Part shown: positions 34,183 to 47,760 of the stretch, piece after piece | Numbering within the stretch: the stretch's first letter is position 1 | Layout of the letters: each line of letters starts with the position of its first letter | NCBI GenBank assembly: GCA_965285935.1 | Contig: OZ260665.1 | Location: 36,084,001-36,148,000, forward strand | Source: Ophelia neglecta | Lineage: Eukaryota | Direction of reading: 5' to 3' | Length of the DNA stretch: 64,000 nt | The notes under the pieces: model-generated | The model's database searches: none | What the model was told of the DNA's origin: nothing | Seen by the model: the letters and a program-made list of their open reading frames with translations, nothing else | Translations under genes and position numbers: made by a program

Positions 34183-36685
34183 CTTTGAATTGCAAGTCAG
34201 TTTAGTGGATAATATGTGTTGTGAGACAATGCCCCACGGGCTTAAGATACTCATATTCAGTCAACTTCAACATGGCCAATTCCCCAGAATCAATTCACAA
34301 GATAGCGCGGTTCATGCATGTTCCGGGGCCCACATTCAAAAGTAAATCAGGTAGCCTCTACAAAAGCCCACACTTTCCGAAGACGAGCTAGGACATATTA
34401 ATATTACTTTATGAAGGCCAATTCTATCCTAAAGAAAGCACATAAAAACGAAACCAGCCGAAGAGACACCTATATAGGCGAATATCTCCTCCCACGTTAC
34501 AATATGAATTATTTCAAAATCCCGTGCGCTATATTCTCGTTATATGAACACTTCGCTATGCACCTCCTGAGCAAAGCTCTTAGTAATGGAATTCAGAAGG
34601 GTACTACGATTAACCGTTGAAATTTATCATGATAAGGTTTGTTTTGACATTGTTGCCACCAGGTCTTCGTAGACAAGGAAGGTTATCCTCGAAAAGTCGC
34701 AATTACACATCCTGCTTTAATTATGTACATATCCCTCTACTTCAAAGTTGTGACATTAATATACACACATACACAAACTCACACACAGTGTATATATATA
34801 TATATATACCCAATCTGTGTCAAACCTTGAAAGAAGGATACTCTCAGCTTCTCTTCTCACGCGTGCCTCGCCGGCAAGGACATAGTGTAATGCCGGATGA
34901 ACAGCTTATGCTTGGTGTTTTTCATTTTCCAGCTGTTTGACGAGAGAGTGAGAGAAATCCCCGGCTCCTAGATGTGCACTGATTACCCCTTTCTGTGCGG
35001 AAGTATCACAGACGCACACAACATGGTCTCCAGAGCACAGTTCTGTCAGCGTTTGTTCGTAAAGCCGGAAGGGAGTACTCTCTCAGTCACTCATTCCTTA
35101 TAGTTCCGGTCCCTTTAACTGCCTGCGTGTCGCTTTGTGCGTGTTACGGTGTAACAGCGGGACTGAATGCTAGTAATAAGCACCCATGACGCCCCTACTT
35201 TTTCTTTGCAGCTTGCTTGTTTCCTTTACTTTTTATCTATAAGCCTAATCGGCAAGCTAAAATTGAAGGTTTGGGTATAACCATTCATTGGTTTTAGTCT
35301 ACTGAATGGTAGCAAATGATCAAACAACAGATTAACAACATGCTGAATGCAGACTGCTAAATGAAAGCTTTGCAAAACACAAAATGAATCCGACCGTTAT
35401 TTTGTGATCTAAACCTCAGGGAGTAGAGGGCGTATCGAGCTTCAAGCAAGAGGATTTGCCAATTACTAAACATACCAGGGTTGACTGAAAGCCGAAAAAA
35501 AAAACTTCCTGTTTTCAGAATCGAATCATTGCTTGGCTTATTCCCGCCTACATATGACCTTTTGTTCCTGACAGCGCGGTATCAGAGAAATTGGTGACTT
35601 TTTTTATTAGACTAACAGATCGGAAGTTGCACACTATCTGAAATAGCCTGAAGTGGAGATTCCTAAAAAGGACTCTCCTACATAACAGTATATATATACG
35701 AAAAAAAACCTTGGCCTCGGGACTAAACATTTTGAACCTGATGCTTAGGTGCACTGTTTAAACATGTCTTATTATGTATGTTATCCATAAGGAAGTGTTT
35801 TGTTTAACCTTTCAGATAGCAGTGTGGTAGAACTTTACCATTTTAGCGAGGTGATTGGATTGGGAGAGATGTGCGAGTGATACCCCAAGGGATACCACTT
35901 ATAAAGCTCGGTCTTTGTTCTGGACAAGACATACATTGAAGACAACAGATGTCGAATTGTATAGGGATTCGCAAGACAAAGTAATTTAGGAAACATATAA
36001 CATGAATACCGCTTCAGCAATTGTCCTGAAACAATATGCCTTGTGACAGATCTATAATTAGACAACATAGAAGTTTTCCCATACAAAAAAAAGTGGTGTT
36101 GCGTTATTAAACAGTTCCGTATACATACTTTTTATGTGTGTCTTAAACAGATTGATATTTGCCGTCTTGGCAGCTAAGGCAGATTCACAAAGGTTATTTT
36201 TCATTTTTTAACTTTCGTGTTACCACTAGCATTTTTCAATGAATTTGCCGTTAATTTCTAGCTTGTTGTCAGAATTACATTCCTTTTCTAAAAGTTAACT
36301 TTACATCGTTAATACGTTTTTTGTTCAATTCGAAGTGAAAAGCAAAACTCTTGACAAAATTCACATGTCTCAAATTATAGGCCGTGCTTGGCAAATCCAC
36401 CTGTCAATTCAGACATTTTTTTTTATATATATAGTAACTTGTATATGCAGACATCTCCATATCAAGACCAGTATTTTCCATTCCCATTCCCAGGTTTCAA
36501 TGTTTATTATGCATAGGATATTAGACACAGTTTCACATTGTTTAATGAAACATTGGTCGAATTTAATAAAAAGTGTTTATTTCTGTTTCCACACCACTAA
36601 TGCTACGAAGATGCCAGGCTTACTTTTAGTTTCCTCAGAGGGGTTTACAACGTTCTTGGCCAAATAGAAAAATTCAGTTTGTATT

Positions 36686-36778
36686 GATTACATTTATTAA
36701 ACCGTTATATGTTTTAAGAAATCAGTTTCTATTGTTTACATTTATTAAACCGTTATGTGTTTTAAAAGATCTGTTTAA
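36686..36778. repeat. Two-copy tandem duplication, period about 48 bp
   Basis: TTACATTTATTAAACCGTTAT.TGTTTTAA occurs twice. Confidence 0.8.
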
Positions 36779-39700
36779 ACGACCTCTTGAAGCATGCGGC
36801 AGTGTAGTGTACAGGCTAGTGAATTCCCAGATCACCAGAGAAATGAGGGTTGCTGTTTGCAAGGCTTTGGTAGTAGTCCAGAGGATGATGAAACGATTTG
36901 ATTAGTTTTGTTATATGTTACTTTGTTGTCTAGGGATTCATTGCCGTGTTTTTTGGAAGGTTCTGTTCTAAAACCTCTTGATTTTGAAACTTCTAGAGGC
37001 TAATTGTCAAAAGAAGTTTGGGTTGGATTTTCCGTGTGACTAACTGAATGCGAATACACATGAGTGAAGGAGTATTGGCGTCCCTAAAACCTTCTAATTG
37101 ACTCTTGATTGAAAATGAAGATGTTTTCGTTGTTTTTGCCAGGAAATCTTACAAAACAAAGACAGCAGAATCGATACTGTGCGAATATATAACAGATCGC
37201 ATTTCTCGATACCCGTATCATGCCATGAAAGAAAAAAAAACTAGAAAAAAGTTGTTGATATTAGAATCACACTTACATTAAGAAGTTTCGATATTGATTT
37301 AAAATGCAGTGTTCTTTCCTGCTTATGTCACCTGGAAATACCACTTGTGGTTCTGGCAACAGTGCTATTGTCTATTGGCTAATAAATGTCCAATATTCTA
37401 GGGCTTTTGTTATATTCATAATATTTTAACCACTAACTCGTTTGAGCTGTGGATTCATTCGCATCGTACAAAACCGATCAGTTTTTCTCAGTGCAAGGGA
37501 TATCGTTTTCATTTCAATCTTTCCTTTTCCTATTGTAGCTGGGAGTTGAATTTTGTGGTTGCAACAATAAATCTCCGACAATATGCACTGAGGATGCTAA
37601 CGTTACAAAGCAAAATCAGTAATGAAGAAATGTCCATTGTGAGTATGTCCTGACTAAATAAGGCCCTCTTTGAGATTTGTATCCTCCCAAGTATCATTAG
37701 GATTGCTTTCTTATGAAAGGTGTCCAAAACTACCCCCAGGCATTGCGATTAGCGAAAAAGGGCAGAACACGAATTCGCTTTTGACAAAATAAATATAAAT
37801 CATATACGACTTTTGGAAATATGACGGAACGTAAGGACCTGGACAAGTATGGGATTGGATGAGCTTGTATCGTCGATAAATCTGTTTCTTCTTATAATAA
37901 CATTTTTATTGGCTCACTTACTTTCCCTTTTTGCACCTATGACGTATGAGCCTCTGTCCGTTTAATACGGGAAACAAGTTTAGGCGAAGGGCATTTTGTT
38001 TTTTTCCGCGCGATTCCATAGACAATTAATTTCAAACTCTTTACGGAAGATGTTTTTCTATTTCTTTTGCGATCAACCGTAGAGAATTTTGCAAATATAA
38101 AAGACTTGTATGCTCCTGTAGGTCAATTTTTGCTCCTTTCATCGTGTCAGTTATACCCCTTCAATGGAAACCTCAACTAACTGCATGCTGTTTGCCGGAA
38201 GGAGTTAGAAGTACTTCGTATATTGCCCTTCTGGTGTTGGTGCTTTTTGGATAATAAAACACCACGAACATATACAATTTTTCATGAAATAAAATTAAAA
38301 ACATATATCATCCTCTTATTTATTTAATCTGCTTGTTACCAGATATAAGCCAGCCTACAATTACTCGTCATTATCATTTATGACATCATGGCTTATATAA
38401 GGCTTGGAATTCGATCAATCTCAACCAAAGATATGGCGTGTAGATATGGGTATAATCAAGGAAAAATGTGGATCTGCTTTTGTCTTCCCTTTGTGTATAA
38501 GAGCTTTGTTTGAAAGAAAGTTTCCAAGGCAAAATGTATGTATGCGTATTAGCTTCATTATATCAGTACAGAACGAACGAGAAGAGACAACATTTTAATC
38601 TATGGAAACTGCTCTCTTTTGTTATTAGATACTTGCTATTTAAACCGCTTTTGTAGCTCAAACAAAAAGAAAAGAGACACAGAAACTATATGTTATTAGC
38701 ATTGTCTTCATTTTATGACAAATGCAAGAAACTGGCCAGATAATTATGCATTACTACACATCAGTCGCCCGTGGTATAATTCATAGGCGAAACCACGTAC
38801 GTTCCTGGAAGTAATTTTGTGAAGGATAGAACACTGATTCGCAATTGTTGTCGAGCAGTGCTTATGTTGAGGTACATGAAAGCATTTAAGCGTATCACAG
38901 ACATTTTATGATGACAAACATACAATCTCCGGTGGTTAAATCTTGAAGATTAAGCGGGAAATGTAGCCAATATTAATAATTGCTGCGTTTTAGGGACGAA
39001 AGGAATTAAATCCACATTTTCCAAGGCTATATGCCTAATGCATATGGCTGCTTTCCTTTTGAAACCATTGTGAATGATCTTGTCCAATGCCGATCTAAAA
39101 GACGAGTGTCTTTGTAACAATTTGTGTTCCTCATCATAACTGGTTTAATCAAGGATGTGTAATAGCCTCTAGCTCACAACAGATAGCGTTTTCTGTGCTG
39201 ATGATTGAGATCGTATATACTGTTTTCTTAAGCGGCAAGCAGTGCACGCCTGCTGAAGCGAAAGGGTCACTTAATGTATTCACACAAAACTTTCGTTTGA
39301 CCTTCCGTTTACAGCTGTTCATGGGTTGCAATTGTGTATGAAAAATAACTAGTTGTATGCTTCATACCAAGAATGAAAAATCGGGTCTTACTTTAGGAAA
39401 TTTACACTTCTTCATCAGATTACGTTATGTCATTTACCTGTTTACACCGAAACTGATATAGAATTTCCCGAACTGCGGAAATTACCCAGTGTGCGGGCCA
39501 TAAGTCATGATTTGCCAAGGCAGCAATTATTTCTTTTGTTTTTCGCCAATGATGATGTGTGTCTTCTTTATGCAATATGCGAACTTGCTGTAATTCATGG
39601 CAAATATCCAAATTTTAGCTAAGTGAAGCTTTCTATGTAATTAAGGACATATGATTCCCATAACTATTTCGTTTTACTTCATGCCCATATCTCTTACTAT

Positions 39701-40479
39701 AAAGAACGATACCAAAACTTGTTGATTTTCCCAATTAAAATAAGATACAATGGCATATTAACAGAGCGAACTAATTGTGCCAATCTGAATGCCCACTGAT
39801 ACAAATACTGAACAGGCTGATATAGGAATTCCATTGCAATATTCAAGGGATTCCCAGGCAACCTCGTTTTCAAGTACTGTATCTAGAGTCTAGCTACGGT
39901 ATTTCAACCAAGGCATACGGGTGGGGCCACACCAGTTCACAGACAAGTCAGTGAGCAGGTTACTTGTTACTTGTTTATGATGTATGTGTCTATGTTAACA
40001 AATATGACATTACGTGGAATAAGAAAAAAAAACAGTTGCCATGACTCGATGTAAAAGAAAACAAATTATTCAATAGTCAACATATGACGAAGACAAAATA
40101 TATTCTCTGTGAGTTTTAATGAAGGGTCTGGCTCTCTTATAAATGTGATACCATAGAAGGTCTAAATATCACGAGCCAATGAAATATGTAAAATTTCCTT
40201 ACATCTGATGAATAAACCTGTTCTACTTTCTTCCCGGCTATGGAAATTATGTATCTCTGGAATCTGAATCAGCCTGGCTTTTATTGTGAGTGAACAGCTG
40301 CATAAGGTAGATAGAATGAAATATAAGTATGCAAAAGACGCCATCAAGTTGCAGCTATGCTTGGGCTGAGGGGAATTGGTCGGTCACCGAAGTTCAGAGG
40401 CGTCCAAAATAATATAAACATCATCGAATGCGTTGGTTTCGAGTTATATGTTTTGTTTTAAATTGCAACGTTCCTAACC

Positions 40480-41450
40480 TATTGTCTCGAGTATTTATTA
40501 ATGAAATGAGATAAATGACTTTTCCAGTGAAACATGGAAGAAAATGTTCCGTTTATATGCCACTTCCACATTCTTAAGCATGTAGGACCACAAAACGTAT
40601 CTATAAGCAAATAAGGACAAATTTGCACCCAAAGAGCACAGTTGTCTTAAATTTAACTCCCAATGATCAAGCGAAACACCTCATTCCCCATACTCATTGT
40701 GCAAAAATGAAATCTTTTCCAATACTTAGGGTTATTCAGTTATAAAATATGGGAATTCTTTTCAAAGAAGAATCGCAAAGAGGAGGCGCAGTCTAAAGTA
40801 GAACATTCCAAGGTATAAATAGAATTATAATGAACATAATTATAAAATTCTTGGTCAAGAATTGTTAACTATCTAAGTCTAGATATTTGTCCAAATACAA
40901 ACACTCGTATTCAACATACCAGAAAAGATTTATTGTTGATCTTTCCTGGTAGGTCTTAGAATCCTAAGCAATGTTGCTGATTATTAATAACTCATTGACA
41001 TTCATCAGTCCTATTGCAAATTTTATAACTGTAATTGAGATTAACATGTCTGATAGACTTATTCTTTTTACTACATTCCAACAACGTGGTATTGGATTTA
41101 TTGCTTTCTCATTTTTTCTTTCATTTTTATTTGCAATACAGAAATTATTACTGGATTCATTGCCCAAGCTTCACAATGCGTCCTGGAATTCGATCTACCT
41201 AGTAATTTCCTGCTAAAATGGGTACAAGTTATGGCCACAGGCATGTTAGTCTTTAAACAAGGCTTATTGTTAGCTAAGCAGGCATGGAACTATTTGGCAG
41301 ATATTCGTACAAAATAAAGAGAATATCTATAAGGGTGGATAGAAATATACGCTTATTTCACCGATTTCATTTGCCAATTTGAGCCTTAGCTTTTGTGCAA
41401 GTTATAGATGAAGCGAAATAGTTCAGAGGTATCCAAATCCTATTAATGAA
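40480..41450 (-). mobile_element. Decayed LINE ORF2 3' region with C-terminal Cys/His motif
   Basis: EFQDAL* (LEYA..VW-like), NLRQLCSLGANL (RLR.GCS.LN..L-like), PTC..CG...TEHFLPC. Confidence 0.5.
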
Positions 41451-43779
41451 CAGTCTACATTCCGTTCCCAACTTCATTAAGAATGTGGGAGGCAGAATAC
41501 AAGCCAGGCCTAACAAAGGCTTTCATAGCCAAGTCATCAAACACTCGACAAACCATCAACATCAAAGTATACCTTTCATTCTTCTTCTTTCTTTCTTTTG
41601 TGTGATTTCTCCCTTTACAAACCCAGACATTTCTCCATCGTAGAAATATGTGTTTCTTTCATTATATCACATCTATGTCCCGAGTTGAACACTAACACCT
41701 TATTTTAATTATGCACGAATATAGTTGAAATATGATTTTTCATTTCTAATCATTCTAATCTATTCATTGTATTCATATCGATTTCTCCTGGTTGTAATTG
41801 CATGGCAGTTATTTAACTGAAAAGTATCGTTGAATGTTGTTAAATGTGACTGAATGTAAGAAGGTGTGCTTTCAATTAATTTACAGCGTGTCATTTTCTG
41901 CGACTTTCAATCCCTCTTTCAGAATTACCTTTTAACACCAAGCCTTAAGACACTATTTTTTTCTGCTCAACTCGAAGGATATGATCATGATTAACAGTAA
42001 ATATGTACTTGTTCAGACGCTAAACTCCCCAACACATTGCATACTTTATATATAGAAACAAATGTGAACAATGGCCCTCACGATGATTGGGGTTATTAGG
42101 TTAATGGTTCTTTTAGGAAGCCTCGTCGAGAGCTAAGCCAAAAGAAATATAACTTTATTAATGGTTCTTACTACATAGTTATGAAGGACACGTTTTTAGC
42201 ATTCTGTCTGTGTGACCATCTGATTGCATACCATCTAAATAAATACTGCTTACCTGTAATCTAAAATCGTTTTTTATACTATAGAATCAGTAATAATAAT
42301 GGTTCGAGTATTAACGTTACATAAAGCTTACAAGCAACATGTTTCTAAAAACAGCATCGCCATTGACCACTTTGACATCAAACCCCATAGTTCTCGTCTG
42401 ACAGCCACAGCATACGACACGGCATTGAGCATAAACAGTTGTGCATGAATTAATATCACCTCTCGGGACTCCACTGGTCTTGTTGAATAACATATCAATT
42501 CATGTTCATTTTTGCAATTTCCTTAGGAAATAACTTTGAATGTAGCTGATTGAAAATACTCTCTCCCATAATCTCTCTCAAATTGACCATGTGTCTGTTA
42601 TGGCTCAAAGGAGGCTTACCGATCAATTATTAGACGGAAAAAAACCTAGGTGCAGCTACTGTATACATATATATTCCTAGCTAGGTACTACTTTATTACT
42701 ACAATTTTACATATACTTACTATTTTCGAAATCCCTGGGTTATATCAAAGTTCGGAAATCTCAATTGTTTTGCACTTTACTCACAACAGGCAAATAGGCA
42801 ACGTAAATAACTTTCAAGAATCATTAATGCTCCACAGGAATTCAGAGTCGTAGGTCTTTTCTGTGTGGAGATCACAAAACAACTGTGGTTGAATTATTGC
42901 GACCCTTGCTTTCGCGATTCTGCGCATCATCAGCAATTAAAATCTAGAGGAACAACGCCCTGGCCAGTTCCCATAAACAAGCCAGCAAGACAATCATCTT
43001 AAGAATGTGATGTTTTAAGTACTATATAAAGAAGGCAAATGCTTCAATCGTAATATTGAGGTGCAGCAGACGTAGGCAATCATATCTGTCTGTAAGAGCA
43101 GAATTGGCAATATAATATATACGATGCTGTTAGGGCCTTTCTGGTATAACACGAACACGTACAATATTCGACTTAAACATATGGGTAAAACACTTAATAA
43201 TAAATTAAAGTGCACTCGATGGCAAACATTGTGACCAGCATTATAATAGATGGTCAAGTCTTAACCGAGTGTAAAAAGTGTACTTAAATTAGGGATTATT
43301 TGAAGCATCCCTGGGCATTCCTATAAAACTAACAGCAAATATCCATATGAATTTGAAATGGCGCCCATTGTGGTTAAAGGCCGGTTTTTTCAAATAAATA
43401 TGAAGTGAGATTCTATAGCAATCTTTATTTTCAGTCGGGTGAGATAACGTAATAAATGTTCACCACGTCTAAAAACAAAAAAGGTAAGGAACATTTAATT
43501 TGGGAATCATCGGTTAGCCGAGGGCGCACACGGTTCTTATGAGTTTTGTCGAAACTGTTTGGTATGTATAAGCTAAAGATGACACCAGGTAATAAATTTC
43601 TGGCATGGGCAAACTCGAGCTGAAGATGACAGGGTCTTTCTTATGAAGTACTAGATAAAATTGTGTATTACAAATGATTTACCATCGTTCAGGCGAAATC
43701 GACGATGACGGCTTATTAATGCTAGGCAGTGCAGCACAATGCCATGATGTCATTCCGCTATCGGAATTTCATATCAGTC

Positions 43780-44210
43780 ATGTTATATGTCTCCACTAAA
43801 ACTACCTAATGTCCATTGCTACTATATATAGATGGCCTTTCCGTGGAGCATTACTAATATACCCAGAGTTACCCTGGGATTCCTTTCAGGACATGGCGAA
43901 ACAAGTTGGCAACGGCATATGTATATATTGGAGTAGATCTATTGCCTTGAACCACTTTATGGTTAGTTATGCTAGGTGCGGATGAGCCTTACAGAACTAG
44001 GCAACACAGGTTGATCTCCTGTTTTGATTATTTTCTCTACTATACTTCCACACTGCTTCATGCCCAAAGATGATGAACGCCGCCTCGTCATCATTCTTGT
44101 AAAAATGACGTAACCCCTGAAGCAATTTTTGGGCTTAGAACGGCATGTTGATGACATCCGAAAGAAACCAAATGAATGCTGAAGGCACAATTTCGTCTCA
44201 ATCATCTGCT
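43780..44210 (-). mobile_element. Possible decayed tyrosine-recombinase (Crypton-like) relic
   Basis: In one stop-interrupted frame ANLFRH ... GH ... VETY, similar to the HxxRH...GH...Y catalytic box; SLGMKQCGSIVEKII upstream. Confidence 0.3.
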
Positions 44211-44599
44211 GAATGCTTTGAAAATAATCGTCTAAAGTGTAGAGCTAAGGCTGAACTGGGTTTGTTAAATCTTAACAATCATTTTGTAGACTCATCCATG
44301 TGTAAGGACGAATGCCGATAACCGAACATAACATGGATGAATTAAATGAATAATAGCACCGCCTCTTCGAATCCAATCACTGTTCGGCTTATTCCCGCCT
44401 GCAAAGTGACCTTTTCACAAGCTTCTTGTCTTACAAAACTGAGACTTGATAGCAGAGAGACACAATTACTCAAAATGGTAGGTAGGAAAAGGCCATAGTA
44501 TCGTTTTGTGAATACAGTGATTTCATACGTTTCATTATTCATTATTGTGTGCTTGAAATATTTAATACTGGATTTCGTCACACTGATGCTAATTGCTTT

Positions 44600-45035
44600 T
44601 TTTTAGCCAAATGGAGTTATGCATATCAAAATGCCCGCCTTCAGACCTTTTATCATGTTAGTTAGGCCATTTTTCTGTGTCACGTTTGCAATGTTTACAC
44701 TACTAAATGCAACTTAGGCCATTGTAATACTGTGTAATGGTCAAACTTAGACCATTTCCATTTTGGATGTTGCCATTGAGGCCATTTTGGTTTAGTCTTA
44801 TGTTACTTAGGCCTTTTTTCATTTCCAAGTATTGGCTAAATAACCAAATCACAGATGAATCTTACCAAAAAACCGTTTATAATAATTTTGATAAAACAGG
44901 AATATTATCATGAAAAACCCTGTACAAACTTAGTCAAAATGTGGCAAATTAGCATGATTATCTGTTGAATGGAACAATTTAATACGTTTTCTTGATTATC
45001 TCAAAACTATGATAATGACACTTAGGCCATTTTTT
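44600..45035 (+). mobile_element. Same ACTTAGGCCATTTT repeat family (copy 2)
   Basis: Shared blocks ttagttaggcca..tctgtgtcac, tttacactac, ggatgttg, tttataa..a.tttg, aatatt...atgaa.aa...tgtaca..actt. Confidence 0.65.
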
Positions 45036-46859
45036 GAATTTAGGGTGACGATATCTAAGTTCATCTTTGATTTTGTATTTATGGTTGCTGGAAATGCTTA
45101 GTGGATAGGTTTGAGACGTTTCAATCCTACTTTCATTTGCCCAACGAATTAGAGGTAGTCTTTTTAAAACGTCACTCAATAAGGGTGGTTTGTGTGCCAA
45201 CGGGTTTGTTAAGAATGCGAATGTCACCATAAAGAAGCTTCATGTACCAATTTTCGCTTTGATGTTTCTGTAAAAGTTTTGACATTTTGACTAGTATATT
45301 GCATTATATAAAATTGCGAGAAGATATTTGAGGAACAGCGACTTAGAACTGCAAGCAGAATCTTAGAGAACTAGTGAACGGTCCAATTTAATTTGCCAGT
45401 TGAAATAAATGTGATAGTTTTTTCTAGCAACAACAAAAACCTTGTTGTTGCCACAATCTTGACAATAAGGGATGTTTAAGATAAAATATCAATAAATAAT
45501 ACTACCCCGGAAAGTAATCTTTAAGCCACCCCCCCCCCCCCTCCGTTCTCTTATGATACGTTTCTTACTTGGGTATCAAGAGGACGACAAGATATGTGTA
45601 TTGATAAGTTTATTGAGCCCTTTAATCCGAATCGCGGAAACGTGTCATATAAGAACCACAAGACACCCACTTATACCTAGACTAAATTGTAACAAAGTCA
45701 TATACATGTACTTATTTCTTTTCCTGTCCCAGTTAGAACTTCCATAATTAAACGTAGCAATCTGGGAATTACGAGTGACAATATGTTAAGAGTCCATAGG
45801 AATGGCACTCTTGTAATTGCAGTTTTATAGCATTGGATATTAACCTCTGAGTTCACAATGTACGAAATTTCCCATGTGTGCATTAGCATCCTACCGATGC
45901 CGCTAGTAAGAAAAATGAAAATTCTATACCATCACTGTTAATAATAAAAATAAAATTAATATTAATATCCCAATGAGCAATTACAGAGATGACACTAGAG
46001 TAAATATACAATTTACTGAAAAAGATACGTCATGTTCCTTTACACATTTGATAGCAGATTTCAAAGGTAGCAAAAAAAGGTGACGTGATGCACGGGTCTT
46101 ACATGCTGATTCGTGATTCAATTTTCAAAGGTAACGAACGTATTGACAGAAGCAATGCGATTCTAAATGACTCCTGGTTGAGAAGGAAGGAGGCTCAACT
46201 CTAGAAGCTTAAGCCGGCCGAAATGGAAGGGGTGAAAGCACATGCTTTAATAACAACCGATAAGTTGTCAATATCGCCATCACATTGTGCAAGTGGCCGA
46301 CACGTTGATGATATTCTAGACATTTTATTGACATGTTGTACGAACTCCAAGTGCGTCCCGCATTGATTGAAGAAAGATATCTGACTGTGATCTAGAGTTT
46401 CTTTGAGACTCAATCTACAAGTAGTAAACTTGTCCACCCGTTCAATTTAGCCCGGAGTTGTTTTCAGGTAGTTCATTTCAGGGGCTTTTACATTCCATTA
46501 CCTAATCTATTGAATGAAGAATTAATAACGTTCAGCTTCTTGGTTAAAAAAAGCAAAATCACGGAATCGCTATACATATACATTGCAATGCTATTTTACA
46601 GCGTCTGTGATTATGAGTAAGCACAATACCACATTCACACGCAACGATACATATTTCATACCCATTTCAAATTATTTTGATGTTAAGTATATTTTGTATG
46701 GATTTGAGGATTTTTCTAACAATAAAAGTCTCGGAAATATATGATTGTGTCTCTTAAATGATTTTTTAATTGACTAGGGACAATTTTTATCCCACACCAT
46801 CCCACGCTCATAGAGTGCGAGGATTTACAAAATGTCCAGAGAGGCCGAGTTTAGCTAGA

Positions 46860-47760
46860 AAACGGAAACGGAAGTGCCAGAAGACATTTTGTCACACCTG
46901 AAAGCAAAACTGACCGTCAAATGTACCAAAGTCTTTTAAATCAAGTCTCCCTCGAGTTCCCTTCATATAGCCGTGGAGACACGTGCTGGATATAGAAAAG
47001 ATGCTCAAGCTATGCGGACCGACCTGGACGCAATTAAAATATATATTAGTGTAAGGACGTGTGCATATTCCTTCGTTCATGAGCGATACATTTTGGAGGG
47101 ATAGCCAGCCGGTGTCCAGAATCGCAAAAGATCTCCATAACATGTCCATGGAGCAGTAGTCAACTTCTTAACAAAATATGACATAACACTAAGGAATGAG
47201 CTGAGAGAAGAACTAGCCCAGAACATAGATAAAAGCTCGATGAAAGAAGCACGGCAATCACTACTATCTGCAGCAAGCCGATTTGATGAACAGTGAGAGT
47301 CATCAGGGGGTGTTTAGACACTGCACCGCCACCCAAATTAAAAGAGTGAGAGGTGATAAGGCGACTGAGAGCCTGGCTGACGTGGTAATTAATTTGTTCC
47401 TGTATGGGTCAGGCCTTGATCCGGAATTACCCAGCGGATGTGTCAGTGCGCTGTCCCGAATTCCGACACCGGATCAACCTGGCGGCGATACTACCTTCTA
47501 CAACACCAATAATGCTCCGTCTATACTAAGGACAAAGGCCTATACGCCAATCTCAAAGCAGAAATTGCCAAACAAGCCGCGATGATCTCCTAAATTTCCA
47601 ATGATCTGGCTAGAATGAGGCGCGAAAAAGATAATGAAACTAGATGCCCATGTGCGGCGGAACGGAGCACCTAGAGGCAGAGACTTGACAATCAACAGCA
47701 AACTAGTATTTATCGAAGATCCAAGCTCGAGGTATCAACCCCGCAACCAGCGACGATTTA
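46860..47760 (+). mobile_element. Possible decayed LINE 5' end (5'UTR plus ORF1)
   Basis: AVVNFLTKY...MKEARQSLL...KRVRGDKATESLADVVINLF and a later LTINSKLVF resemble invertebrate CR1/L2 ORF1; stops and frameshifts present. Confidence 0.35.

Noticed and set aside
42890-42940. Hammerhead ribozyme on the - strand (CTGATGA-TGCGCAGAATCGC-GAAA)
   Set aside because: Core-like motifs are present, but stems I and III do not pair in register around a NUH site.
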